64,000 nt of DNA from Camelus ferus (taxonomy: Eukaryota). Position numbers and translations under genes: made by a program. Below, piece after piece: positions 39,971 through 53,232 of the stretch; positions within the stretch are counted from its first letter, which is position 1; the number at the start of each line of letters is the position of its first letter. The notes below the pieces were generated by a model. That model searched no databases. It worked only from the letters and a program-made list of their open reading frames with translations, and was not told where the DNA came from. The stretch lies in NCBI RefSeq assembly GCF_009834535.1, contig NC_045697.1, forward strand, positions 68,574,001 to 68,638,000, read 5' to 3'.

Positions 39971-40006
39971 TGATGATGATGATGATGATGATGATTATGA
40001 TTATTA
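39960..40006. repeat. (TAT)/(GAT)n microsatellite at the MIR tail
   Basis: tattattattatgatgatgatgatgatgatgatgattatgattatta. Confidence 0.9.
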
Positions 40007-40066
40007 CTTGTATAGTGTCCCCAAAAGTAAATATTTGTCTCCAGTTAGTTAAAAATAAATTTTCTC

Positions 40067-41008
40067 ATACAAAGAGATGGAAAGATATCCTGTGTAAATG
40101 GGTTTGAAGAATTAATATTGTTAAAATGTCCATACTACCTGAAGCAATCTATAGATTTAATGCAACCCCTATCAAAATACCCATGATACTTTTCACAGAA
40201 CTAGAACAAATAATACTAAAATGTATATGGAGCCATGAATAGCCAAAGCAATCTTGAGAAAAAAGAACAAAGTTGAAAGTATCACACTCCCTGACTCAGA
40301 CTATACTATAAAGCCACAATAATCAAAACAGTATGGTACTGCCACAAAAACATACATGTAGATCAACAGAACAAAATAGAGTCCAGAAATAAACCCCATT
40401 CATTTATGATTGATTAATCTACAACAAAGACAGTAAGAATACACAGATGGGGAAAAGACAGTCTCTTTAATAATTGGTGCTGGAAAAACTGAATGGTTAC
40501 TTGTAAAAGAATGAAATTAGAACACTCTCTAACACCATATACAAAAATAAAGTCAAAATGGATTGAAGATCTAAATGTAAAACTGCAAACCATGAAACTC
40601 CTAGAAGAAAACATAGGCCGAACATTCTTTGACTTAAATCACAGCAATATATATATTTTTTTGATTTGTTACCTAAGGCAAAGGAAACAAAAGCAAAAAT
40701 GACAAATGGGACCAAATGAAACTTAAAGGCTTTTGTACAACAAAAGAAACCATCAACAAAATGAAAAAACCTAAGGAATGGAAGAAAATATTTGCAAATG
40801 ATGAGACTGACAAGGGATTAATATCCAAAGTATACGAAAAGCTCATACAACTCAGTATCAAAAAAACCAAACAACCCAATCAATAAATGGGCAGAAGACC
40901 TGAACAGACGTTTCCCTATTGAAGACATACAGATAGCCAACAGATGGATGAAAAGGTGCTCAACATGGCTAATGATTAGTGAAATGCAAACCAAAACCAC
41001 AGTGAGGT
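40067..41008 (+). mobile_element. 5'-truncated L1, ORF2 part (left half of a split element)
   Basis: ORF2-like peptides [27 protein letters not shown] and [21 protein letters not shown]1 similarity stops abruptly at 41008. Confidence 0.9.
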
Positions 41009-43321
41009 TTTTGCAGTGGAGACACATGATGGATTGTCTCTGGGAAATATCTGCTGGTGTCTGTCCCAACATCTCCACCCGGTGGGTTACTTCACTTCCC
41101 TCATCAAAACCTCCCACATTAAAGAGGGGAGGGTATAGTTCAATGGTAGAGTACATGCTTAGCATACATGAGGTCATGGGTTCAATCCCAGTACCTCCAT
41201 TAAGAAACAAACATAACCCCCCCCCCCAAAAAAAAACCTCCCACGTTGTAGGAATATATTACATTTTGTTTATTTTTTCTATTGGGTTGGGTATGGGGGT
41301 AATTTCTGTTTGGAGCTCTGATTAGTAATATGGCTATGACCATTTTTGTTCACATCTCTCTGTTCTACACATGTCTGCATTTCTGTTGGGTGTGTACCTG
41401 GGAGTGGAATTGCTGGAGGTGTTTGTTTATTCATCAGATGCTTATTTCTTTATACTTTATGTTACTGTTGTATCAAAGTAGCCAGCAAAGTTCCTGGTGT
41501 ATCCCAGGAACCTGCTACATATTTGTGAGGGGATAAATATATGATGGTAGAATCTCAAAGCTGCAGGTGGTTTTAGATTATCAAGGAATCCAACCCTCTG
41601 GTTATTATGGTTTATGTATCAAATGCTGGTTAATTATTCCCTGATTGGCATTTTGCCTCCCGAAATCGCACTATTAAACACAATGCTGATGGGACTACCT
41701 CTCCGTGCATATACCAAATTGGCCTGATTCTCGTAGAATCTGCTCTGTGTAGGCCTACTATCTAAATGCATTATATATATTCTGACTCACCCTGTCTGGG
41801 CATTTCTTTTCCCTTCACTTTTTTATGACTTCACATTTAGGGGTAGTGTCTGGCATTCTTTCCCAAGCTTGTCCATCCCCCACCAGCATGAGACTCTGAC
41901 AGGCTATAAATTCATCTCAGTTCTGTCCAGAGGTGTAGGACCTTGGGCCATGTCTCAATTCTCCCAGGGAGAAATGTGTTCCACACCCCCTGAAGGAGGT
42001 AACTTCGAAAGATGGCCAATTTTTCAACAGGGTGCTCCGACAGTGGTCAGGCCCAGCTCCAGAAAACTCCCCAGAGAGACCAAGATGGCTAGGAGAAAGA
42101 AGTAATATTGGAGAATAACCGTCCTCCAGACCCCTGCAGGCATTTTACTTATCTGCTCAGGTGAGAGGTGAAACTCTAGCACTTTTTACAAAGGAGAAAG
42201 CTGATCTTAGGAAGTAACCAGTCACACGCATGCCTGGGAAGTAGCCGGGCTGCAAATTGATCTGCTCCCTCTGGCTGCAAGAGTCCTGGTTGTATGGCTC
42301 TTAGAAGTAAATTTCCAAACTCGGTTTATTCCATCCAGACACTGCAAGAGCCTTGCTTCCAAAGGGAGTGTTTCTCTTGGGGTTTGAATAAAATGGCGAT
42401 AGATTTTGAAACCTGTTGGAGAAGCTCTGAGATGGTTGAAAATCCAGCCTGATTTTCCTATTTGATTGAAATCCAGCACATAGGTCTTGAACAATGCTTA
42501 GTAGTACCTCCGGGTATGTGAGAGATTTAGTTTTCCTGTCAAAATGAGCAGAGGAGACAGCTGGCATTTAGTCCCCAGGGGGCAGGGATGCTAAATAGCC
42601 TGCAATGTTCAGGGATGGTACAATTCAGTACAGACTTGTCCCTCCCAAATGCCAGCAGGTAAACACTGATAGTTTAGCGACTTCATCCTGATAGATCTGG
42701 TTATAGGAACCTCATAGTCATGAAGGCATTTTAAACTAAAATGAACAGATCCAGGTTTTGTGGGACTCATATAATTGGGGATAGGTGTTGGGAAAGGCTC
42801 TGTAAGAGAAAGGACGTAGATGCACCTTACTTTTCAATCATTATAAAAATGTGACCATGTGAAAAAATTGCAGAGGAGGGGTCCTGGGGCTAAAGCATTT
42901 CAGTGTTGGTGCTCCTGGTGGTAAATTTCCTCCGTGGCTTTTACTGAGTCTCAAAGGTTTTGTCTTCTCTTTTTCAGTGCTTTCCAAATAGTATGTTATT
43001 TCAGTTTTGATTTCCTCTTTCATCTCAAGGTTATCTGGATGTTTCAAGTATCTAAGAGTTTTTGGTCACCCTTTTATTCTTTATGCCTAATTTTATGGAT
43101 TGTGATTCAAGAATGTGATTTTCAAAAATGATTCCCTTTTTTATGATCAAGTTAGTACATGATGATTTTGTCAGTGTTCTGTGTATACACGAAATAATGT
43201 ACATTGTCTACGGGATGTGAGCTTTATATCTTAACAACTAAATTAGGTGAGTTGACTGTTTAATTTATCCGTGTCTTTTTTTAAAAAATTGAAGTATACT
43301 TTAATTAAAAAAAAAAAACAA
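41009..43321 (+). other. Poly(A)-tailed, TSD-flanked non-L1 insert (candidate orphan transduction or retrocopied RNA)
   Basis: cacagtgaggt is duplicated at 40998-41008 and 43322-43332; A12 at 43307-43318; the L1 resumes exactly where it broke. Confidence 0.75.
41126..41232 (+). mobile_element. tRNA-derived camelid SINE (Vic-1-like)
   Basis: ggggagggtatagttcaatggtagagtacatgcttagcatacatgaggtcatgggttcaatcccagtacctcc with A and B boxes; TSD aaaacctcccacatt (41106-41120) / aaaacctcccacgtt (41233-41247). Confidence 0.9.
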
Positions 43322-43667
43322 CACAGTGAGGTATCACCTCACACTGTCAGAATGGCTATCATCAGAAAGTCTACAAATAACAAATGTTGGCCAGGAATGT
43401 GGAGAAAAGGGAATCCTTGTACACTGTTGGTGGGAATGTAAATTGGTGCAGCCACTTTGGAAAACAGTAGGAAGGTTCCTCCAAAAACTAAAATTAGAAC
43501 TACCATATGATCCAGCAATTTCATTCCTGGGTATATACTGAAAGAAGAGGAAAACACTAAATTGCAAAGCTGCATGTATGCCAGTGTTCATAGCTATATT
43601 ACTTATAGCCAAGATATGGAAGCAACCTAAGTGTTCATCAACAGATAAAGAATAAACAAAATGTGGT

Positions 43668-43706
<39 letters not shown>

Positions 43707-44135
43707 AATACTATTCTGTCATAAAAGGAATGAAATTTTGCCATTTGTAACAACTTGGATGGACTTGGAGGGTATTATGTTTAGTGAAATAAGTCAGATA
43801 AACACATGCTGTATATCATGTATATATGTAATCTAAGAAATGAAACAAACTGGTGAATATAACAAAAAGAAACAGACTCCCAGATAGAGAGAACAAACTA
43901 GTGGTTACCAAAGGGGAGAGAGAAGGGATGAGGGACAAGATAGGGGCAGGGGATTAAGAGGTACAAACTAGTATGTGAAAAATAAATAAGCTACAGGGAT
44001 ATATTATACAGCACAGGGAATATAGCCAATATTTTATACCTTTAAATGGAGTATAATCTATAAAAATATTGAATCGCTAGGTTGTACACCTGAAACTAAT
44101 ATAATATTGTAAATCAATTATACTTCAATTAATTA
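43322..44135 (+). mobile_element. L1 3' end (right half of the split element)
   Basis: RYHLT...[25 protein letters not shown]; 3'UTR ends ctgaaactaatataatattgtaaatcaattatacttcaatt. Confidence 0.9.
43670..43703. repeat. (AC)17 microsatellite within the L1
   Basis: Uninterrupted AC run. Confidence 0.95.
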
Positions 44136-44739
44136 ATTAAATTTTAATTCTGATAGAGAAGCATGAAGCAGGGCAGTTGGAATTAGCCCTCAGTATGGTG
44201 GTCTGCAAAAACACTGGAAGTTTGTTGGGACACATGACTCCAGCAGGATAAAATTAAAATGAAGTTATTTCCACAATCAGATGATAGAGAGCAGTCAGGG
44301 CAATTCATACATCCTGCTATCAGAAAATGCAGATTTTTCATAGATGTCCTCTTTTAAATGCATGAGGAAAACATATATTTATACAATTCTTATAAATATA
44401 ATGCAGCCTAAAGGAAAATAATAATCTGAATAACAGAGTAAAGGAAAAGCTCTAATATTTATTTAAAATATGAACAAATAAATGTTTCAGAAAAAAAAAT
44501 AAAATTAGAACTAAATAGGCTTCAGGGATAAACTCTCAAACATTCAAAAATCTAAAAAGAGCATTTTAAGTAACTACTGAATTAAAGAGAAATATAAATA
44601 TAAATACAAGTGCTTATAAAATAATACAAAAGAATAATGAACCAGTGTTCACAGAATTACCCCCAAAGCTGTAATACTAATCTAAACTGTTCTATGATTT
44701 AAGAAAGGAAGACTGGGGCAATTCTATTTATTCCCCCTT

Positions 44740-46200
44740 CCTTTCAATTATTCTATGAGTGGATATCAAGTCCCTATAATATGCCAGTCACTGTACTAGG
44801 GTCTAATAATAAAATTGTCAAAAAATAAGACAAAATTCCAGGCCTTCTAAAATCCGCTATCAATAAAATAATTTTAAAATCAGTGATAAGAACTCTTAAA
44901 GAGGCACACAGAGACAAGTAAGATTTGACCGAGTAAAGGCAATCAAATGGTTCAGTAAGGAATCGGTGATCGGACTAAAGTCTGAAGGAAGGACAGAACT
45001 TATCTAGGCAATGGTGATGGGGGAGATGGTGGGCGGTACTCCTGGCTCAGTGATCAACATAAGCAAAGACTCTGTAGCATTTTCTAGTAACTGACAGAAC
45101 ACCAGTGGAACTGGAATAGAACAGGAATCATGAGAAATGATGCTGTAGAGGTAAGTAAGCCAATATAAGGAGTCTTTATGATGAAAGCAATGAGAGACCA
45201 GTGAAGTTTATTAAAAAGAGGGTGAGAGATGATTTTGGAAAGATCATTCATTACTATATTTTGCATCAATGTTTTTATTATGTAAACATTGAATATCATA
45301 TGTAAATTTATATAATTACTGAAATAATTGTGTATCACTAATTTCAGTGAGAATGATTTGTTTATTTTCTTAAATAAGAATTACTCAGCAAGAGATTTTT
45401 CAGGTTATGGTTACCTTCTGGAAGCAGGGAAAAGTCTGTATTCTGAGGGTCAGAGAAGAATGGGTTAAAGAAAAAAACTTGTAGGTTTTCTGCAAACAGA
45501 CCACAGAGAGACTATAGCACAAGAGAAGGGCCCAGGGTAAAGTTTATGGAGCCACATTCATGGGGAAAGATATAAAAGATGTAAAAACAGAGCAGGTAGA
45601 GATGTAGGTGGAATATCAGAGAGTAGTTTGTCAGCCAAGCCAAGAAAAGAGTTTTCCAAGACTTCAACACTGCTGAGAAATCTAATATTAAATGGACTGA
45701 AAATGTTCTTCATATTGAAAGAAAAGTATACTGATTAATTTAGTTGAGGTGAAATAAAGTGGTGTAAACCAGATTAGAGGAAACTAAGAGGAAAAGGAAG
45801 CAGAGCAGTAATGAGAAAATTTTTCAAGAAGTTAACATCAAAAAAAAAAGAAAGAAAGAAAAATAACCAGAGAAAAAGAGCCTATAAGCTAATGTTTCCA
45901 GTTTTAGGTTTTTTTTTTAATGGAAGAGGTTTGAAACTAAAGACAAGGGGAATCCCCCTGTCAATGAGAGTAACAGCATAAGTGACAGGCTATGGATTTT
46001 ATCCTCTATTCGTAACTAAGATACTTGGAGATATTGGTGTTAGATAGGAAAGAGTAAGTGATTCTGTTGTCGCAGTTGGAAAGGATTATAAGATAAATCC
46101 AGAGGTATGTAAGTTTATGAATTAAAATGTAAATGAGACTTTCCATTTTGTTTGTTTTTCTCTAAAGCTGGCATCAAGTGTTTCCCCTACTCAAATTCCC
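44740..46200 (-). mobile_element. L2 LINE remnants, fragmented
   Basis: ctataatatgccagtcactgtactaggg; purine-rich L2-type blocks such as ttttggaaagatcattc and aagccaagaaaagagtttt. Confidence 0.55.
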
Positions 46201-47299
46201 ATGGAAATGGCCAAGGAGATACATGAATGATTAGGGGAAATCCTGTGTTAATGTTGAAAAACAGGGATAGGACATTTCTCTCCTGAAATTTTCAAAGAAT
46301 TACTGTTAGATACAATAGTGATGGGAATGATCTGAAGGGCTGAGTCAGGCTTCCTATCTCCCATCCTCAACCAGCTTCCAAGGAAAAATATTCACTTCAG
46401 GAAGTTGAAATTTTGTTATTCTCAACCTAAAAATGATGAAGTAGTATAGTATCACTGAAGGTGGAATACTGGCGTCAATACAGTTTTGAGAGGCTCCTAG
46501 TTTCAATCCTGGTGCGGCACACAGAGCAAACTTAGATGTGAGCATGGTCAACTTTGTTTTTGACAACAGGAGCCAGACAAAGCTGAGATAATAGCGTGTC
46601 TGAATCTGGGCACCAGGGAAGTAGAAGTGGAGTGGAGGCATCAGGCTTTCTCTAGAGCAGAGGAAAGAAATGAAACTATTCTAGTGGCAATTCTCTCTTA
46701 TAGCCTTTCCCTGAAGGCTTCTGGATCTGACAGGGTCTGAAATTGAAGGTCTGTCTGACAGAGATTTGGGGAGGGGTGGGAGATGGTACCAGATACTATA
46801 AAATAATATAAATCTATCATACTTAATGTGGTTCAGGCCCCCAAATAAGTGTTAAACTTAAAGTAAACATAGGCATTTAGCATATGGTAAAACTGGCATT
46901 TCAAGTCAACAGGAAAAGGGTGTATTCAAAGGTCTTCGGTATTGGAAAAATGAGGTTTGTAAATGACTATATATTATATCTTCACATTACGGGCTCATGT
47001 AAATTTAATTTTTTTTTAAATGGAACATTAGAATAAATAGAAGAAAACACAAGTGTATATAGCAGGTCTAGAATTTTATTTTTAGGAAATCATCCTGAGT
47101 CTTCACAAACTGGTATCTGAGATGATACTTGTTATATTGTTTTATATAATAAGAATGCTATAAAGTCTTTTAAATTTTCTAGGAAGAACATCTGATAACG
47201 TTTTATCAATTATTCCCAATACAGCAAAACATAGAGTGGTCATTTTATAAAATTACATGTGTGATTCTAAAATGTGGCTATCATTCACTATCAAAAAAT

Positions 47300-48842
47300 G
47301 TCCAACTTCAAGACTTACCATATATTACAACTGACATAGTAATCAAGATAATGTGGTATTGGTGAAAGAACAAAGAGATACATGGAACAGAATAAAGCCC
47401 AGGAAAAGATTCCACACAAATACAGTCAATTGATCTTTGACAAAGGAGCAAAGACAATACAACAGAGCAAAAACTGTCTTTTCTACAAACAGCACAAATA
47501 CACACAAAATGAATCTAAATACAGACCTTACTCCCTTCACAAAAATTATCTAAAACTGGATCATAGACCTAAATGTAAAATGCAAAACTGTAAAACTCCT
47601 AGAGGATAACATAGTAGAAAACCTAAATGACCTTGTGTTTGGCAATGACTGTTTAGTTAACAACACCAAAGGCATAACACATGAAAGAGATAACTGATAA
47701 ATTAGGCTTAATTAAAATGAAAAACTTCTGTTTGCAAAATACACAATCAAGAAAATGAGAAGACAAACCACAGATAGGCAGAAAATATTTGCAAAAGATG
47801 TATCTGAATAAAGAACTATTATCCAAAACATACAAGTAACTCTTAAAATTGAATAACCTGATTTTAAAATGGGCAAAAGGTCTAAACATATCTCAGCAAA
47901 GAAGATATACATATAGCAAATAAGCATATGAAAAGATGCTCAGTGCCATATGTCACTAGGGAATTAAAGACTAAAACAATGAGATACCACTACACATCTA
48001 TCAGAATGGTCTAAATCTCTAAACACTGACAACACCAAATACTGATGAGTATGTGGAACAAGAACTCAAATTCACTGCTGGTCAGAATGTAAAATATGTT
48101 TACTTTGGAAGAGTTTGGTGGTTTCTTACAAAACTAAACTTATTTTTACTATACAGTCCGCGTAAGCTGTATCTACCCAAATGAGTTGAAAATGTTTGTC
48201 TACTAAAAAACCTCCCCACAGATGTTTATAGCAGTTTTATTCATAATTGCCAAACCTTGGAAGCAACAAAGATAACCTTCAGTAGGTGAATGGACAAATA
48301 ACACTGTGGTACACCCAGGCAATGAGATATTATTCAGTGCTAGAAAGAAATGAGCTATCAAGCCATGAAAAGCTTTTGAGGAACCTTAAATGTGTAATAC
48401 TAAGTGAAAGTTGCCTAGCTTAAAAGACTTCATATTGTACAGTTCCAAGTATGACATTCTGAAAAGATAGAACTATAGATACAATAAAAAAGTGAGAGGT
48501 TTCACAGGGTTATTGGGGGGGAGGTGAGGATGGATAGTTGGAACACAAAGGATTTTTAGAGTAGTAAAACTATTCTATATGTTATTATAATGCTGGATAC
48601 ATGTTATTATACATGTGTTCAAACCCGGAGACTGTACAACACCAAGAGGGAACGCTAATGTAAACTATGAACTTCAAGTGATAATGATGTGTCGGTGTTG
48701 TTTCACCAGTTGTAATAAATGTACCACTGCGGTGGGGGTGTTAATAGTGAAGGAGGCTGGGTAGGGCAGTGAGTATATGGGAACTTTGTATTTTTCACTC
48801 CTGCTATGAACATAAAACTGCTCTAAAAACATTCTATTAAAG
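47300..48842 (+). mobile_element. L1MC1/2-like 3' fragment
   Basis: PHKYSQLIFDKGAK peptide; 3'UTR tgtacaacaccaagagggaacgctaatgtaaactatgaactt...aaaactgctctaaaaa. Confidence 0.85.
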
Positions 48843-50199
48843 ATGTGGAGTGATTCTGACATTTATCTGAAAGAATAGACAAGACAGAATAGATGGGTAA
48901 ACTTTTTAAAAGAATAATAATGAGGATAAACTTGCCCTGTTATAAATTAAATCATTTAAATAGCCTTAATGATTAAAACAGAAATATACTGGTATGCTAC
49001 TGACAGATTTTTGTGTGGAAACAACTTTAATCGAACTCAAATGTTACCAAGTCCTACATTTTCCACCCTAACTCTTACTTGTCAAACAAGATTAATTCAT
49101 CCTACTGGACTATATTTAGTATAATTTCATATCATATTCTTTAATATAAGTTGAAATACATTCATGATTAATTATTCAAGAATGTATCTATTTGTTATTA
49201 TCACTGAAAATACAACCTTTGATGCCGCGGATGATATGCAACATAAAATAAATGGTTAAAAGCCATTAATACTGCAAATAAATTGCAGAAGAACAGTAAA
49301 CAAGTATATGAAGAGACAGCTTAGTTTTGAAAAAGACTAAGCTACGTGATGAAGAAGTGACAATATCTAAAGAACTAAACTTTAGTACTCATTTTATCAT
49401 CAGAAAAAAAATGAAGTCTTAACTATGCAAAAAATCTTCGAATTAACAACTTGATTTTTCTTAAATCATATGCAAATGGGAGAAGTAAAAAGACTGCCAT
49501 CTTGGTTATATGGAAATAAAAACATTTATTTTGTATTCCAAGCATTTTCCACCTGAAGTTAGAATGAATATGAAATGGCTCTTAAGTGTATTTGATCTGC
49601 ATTGAAACTATGTTCAGATTGTAGCTTTCAGAATATAAAAATATCTGAAACTATTTGTCTGCCACAAAGAGTTGCCTAATGTCCATTTGGACTTTTTATA
49701 TTATGTACTCTATGGTCTGCAAAACTGATTTAAAATTAATCTGAACTAAAGAACAATTTGTACATGCCATTTCATTGAAATTATGATAAATGTGTTTCAA
49801 ATTTGAATTGCAATTGAAGTAAAATCAATACAACTTAAAAGCTATATGTTTTCTTTCTCAAACTCATAACGAAATAAAAGCTAAAATGACTATTGTAATT
49901 TGCCATGTTTATAGTTTTCATTGAATTTGTAAATAATATGGTACATATTCATTATATGAAGGAAAACACATTGCCTAAGACGTTTTAGTTACAACGAATC
50001 ATTAGGGTATTTTTATTCATATGTTTGGTAGGATGGCAACCATTATATTTTTCCGGGGGTGATGAATGTCTTTTCAAGCCACTGTGGGATATTAAAAAAA
50101 AAAAAATGCATAACATCGTTCACTGTCAGAGAAGGCTGAAAGGATAATGGCTGATAACTTTTCTAGTACTGATTAGAAGTAAGCATTTAGAAGAGAGAA

Positions 50200-50680
50200 T
50201 AAACAAATACTGAAACTAAGTTTACTAAATGGCTTCAAAAAGGTCAATGTCTTGAAAGACAAGAAGACTGAGGAGCAGTTATAGATTAAAGGAAACATGA
50301 TGATTAAAGGCAACAGATGATCCTGGATACAGAATATTATTAGATCAATTAGAAAAAATTAGAATAAGGACTGTAATAATGTAAAATTTCCAGGATTTGA
50401 TCATGTTTTGTTACGTAAGAGAGTATCTTTGTTAGAAGATATGTACTGAAGTATTTAAAGGTGAAAGACTACAATATTTGCTAGATTCAAATGGTTACAC
50501 CATATATACTTCCATAATAATATATTCCACAATAATAATAATAATGTGAAATATGTGTGTATACATGTGAGAGTAAGTGTGTGAGACAGAAAGATAAAAA
50601 GACCAGGAACAAGAGTGCAAATGATGCGATATACTAACTGGTTTATCAAAGTTTGAATTTTTCTCAAAATAAACGTTGAG
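50200..50680 (+). mobile_element. Ancient L1 3' UTR (L1MC4/MC5-like)
   Basis: aaggtcaatgtcttgaaagacaag...agattaaagg...atcctggat...actgaagtatttaaaggtgaa. Confidence 0.6.
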
Positions 50681-51635
50681 ACAAAACTTAAACTCAACAC
50701 ATGCTCCCTTCTTTAGGGCTTCAAGTATTCAACTGCCTTTTAGCTAATATTCTAGTTACAAATCCTCTTTTCCTGGAATCAGAAATCCTCTCTCCTTTAC
50801 TCAGTCTTGTACCATGAGCCTCAAAGAATGCCTCTTTTAAACGATATCAGCTTTCATGTTAGCCTCAGATTTATTTTCCCTCCTAGAAATTTGTAAAATC
50901 TTTATTATTGGGCTGGTTGGGTCCTCCTAACCATCAAGTCTATTTGCATGAACTCCATCCAACACCTTTACAAGTACTAAAGAGAAGTGGTTTTTTTTTT
51001 CCTATTGTCTTTGTCTGTCTTCTTAAATAGCATGGTCTTTTGATATTTTCCTCTTTCAAATAATTAGAAGATGATGGTGAAAGCAACATTATGCTTCATT
51101 TACTAAGTGTATTGGAGGAGAAGGGGGACAGAGAGGGTGAGGGGAGAGACAGTGATGGGGAGATGCCAATGATACAATTTGTTAAAAACTGATGTAAATA
51201 ATGAATCTACATAGTCATTATATAACACCATGAAATACCCCTCACAATCAGGTAATAGGCAACTGAATTATAATTTAACTATAGAGAATTAGCTACAGTA
51301 TTTGTAGAAGGAAGTCTTACTTTCTCCTATTCTGTCAACTCTCACAACCACATCTACCCACCTACATGACTTGTATGTTTTATGCCTCCTCACATTCAGT
51401 AAGGCTATCCCTGGAAACTCCATTTAAGATTTCAACATTGCTTTCCAAACCCAGTATTTCATAGCCTCTTTCTCTGCTTTCTCTACTTACTACTAACTTG
51501 CATATCATATGTTTTATTTTGTCTTGCTTTATTTCTTATCTAGCTTACTAGAAGTAGTTTTTGTCTTTTGCTCTGTAGTTCTTGTAACTATGCCTCATAC
51601 AGAGACCTGAGAGGTTTTATGTTTGTCTGTTTCAA

Positions 51636-51789
51636 TATATTTTTATTGAAGTACAGTCAGTTTACAATGCTGTCAATTTCTGGTGTACAGCACAGTGCTT
51701 CAGTCACATAGGAACATACATACATTCGTTCTCATATTCTTCTTCACCAAGATGTTGAATATGGTTCCCTGTGCTATACAGTATGAACT
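51636..51789 (-). mobile_element. Short camelid-type L1 3' tail
   Basis: tttttattgaagtacagtcagtttacaatg...gttccctgtgctatacagtat; degenerate TSD at 51620-51635 and 51790-51805 (13/16 match). Confidence 0.8.
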
Positions 51790-51949
51790 TATTTGTTTGT
51801 TTTAAAATTCTGAGGATTTCAGGTCTTCATTCATTTCTGGAAAATTCTCAGCTAAGATTATGTGTGTCTCTCTTCTCCATTTTCCTTATTTCCTTTTTCT
51901 TGAATTGGTATTAGATACTGTTTAATTTTCTTACACATTCTCTATGTAT

Positions 51950-53010
51950 TTAAGTGTTTACTAGAGCATAACATACATAGAGAAAAACGTAGAAATAAGT
52001 ATAATATAATGAATCTTCAAAAAGTGAACAGTGTTGTGGAAACAGCACCCAGGTCAAGAAATAAAATACTACCGGTCTTCCAGAAAGTTCCTATGTGCCC
52101 GCACACAGTTGTAACTCCCCAGATCCCCTTCAGAGCCTGCAAGAGTCACAAGTATCCTGACTTCTAAGACCATTATTAGATAAGTTTTGCCTGGTTTTGA
52201 GTTTTACGTTAAGTGGAATCACGTAAGAGAATCTCCTTTTGTGCCTTGCTTAATTCATTCAACAGTATGCTTGTGATACGGATTCATGGAGTTCTGTTTA
52301 ACATTCCTTCTCCATTCCCTCTTGCATTCCACTATATAAACAATGTATTTCATGCATTCTACTTCTGAAGACCACTTGTAGGTTGTTTCCATATTTCAGC
52401 AATTATAAATAGCGCTGCTATCTGTCATGATACATATTCTTTGGTGTGCATATGTACACATTTCTGTCGGTTATATACTTAAAAGACTAACTGTTGGGTC
52501 ATAAAGTATCTGTGGTTCAGTAGTCATGTCTTTCTGTGACTTCAAAGCTCATTCCTTTTTATCACTAAATATTTCATTGTATAGATGTATCACAGTTTGT
52601 TTTTCCATTCACCTATTGAATGACATATTGATTCCTTTTAGTCTTTGGAAATTATACATAAAGCTGCTTATAAACATTCATGTGCAGGTTTTTGTGTGGG
52701 CATTAGTTTCAAATCACCTGGGTAAATACCTGGGAACATGATTGCTGGATCATATGGTAAGACTGTCTAGCTTTGTAAGAAACTGTCAAATTATCTTTCA
52801 AAGTAGCAGTACTATTTTGCATTCCCACCAAGAATGAATTTTGTTCCTGTCTCTGTAGCTGCACATTCTCACCAGCAATTTGTATTACCAGTTGTCTGAA
52901 TTTTAGTAATTTGACTAGGTGTGTAGTGGGATCTTATTGCTTTTAATTTGCATTTCTCTAATGATAAATAATGTTGAGCATATTTTTATATGCTTATAGG
53001 CCCTGTCACT
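51950..53010 (-). mobile_element. Old L1 3' fragments (L1ME-like, then L1MC/MA-like)
   Basis: cacccaggtcaagaaataaaa...cctgacttctaag...ttttgcctggttttga; gattgctggatcatatggtaag; ttaatttgcattttctctaatg. Confidence 0.7.
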
Positions 53011-53232
53011 ATGCCTGGTATATATCACTATATTATAGTAGTGATAATAGTGAGTGAACTGAATTATTTCACAGAATATTTGCAAGGATTCTAGATGCAT
53101 TAGGCATCACTTAGGCATATATTAATAGTCATAAAAGGTCACATTCATGTCCACTTCAATAACTACTGCCCTTTTAAAAGATGCACTCTTAGGAAAAAAA
53201 AAAAAAAAGTCATCTATTTTTTTTTTTTTCCT

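Noticed and set aside
41126..41200. tRNA-like sequence with A and B boxes
   Set aside because: It has a TSD, a SINE tail and a second diverged copy at 21925-22056, so it is a SINE rather than a tRNA gene.
42222..42567. Overlapping 88/90-aa minus ORFs as a processed pseudogene
   Set aside because: No recognisable protein, and they are antisense to the poly(A) polarity of the insert that contains them.
49318..49343. Hairpin agcttagtttt-gaaa-aagactaagct with a GNRA loop
   Set aside because: Only 8 consecutive Watson-Crick pairs before a G:U. Such stems are expected by chance in 64 kb of AT-rich DNA and there is no ncRNA context.
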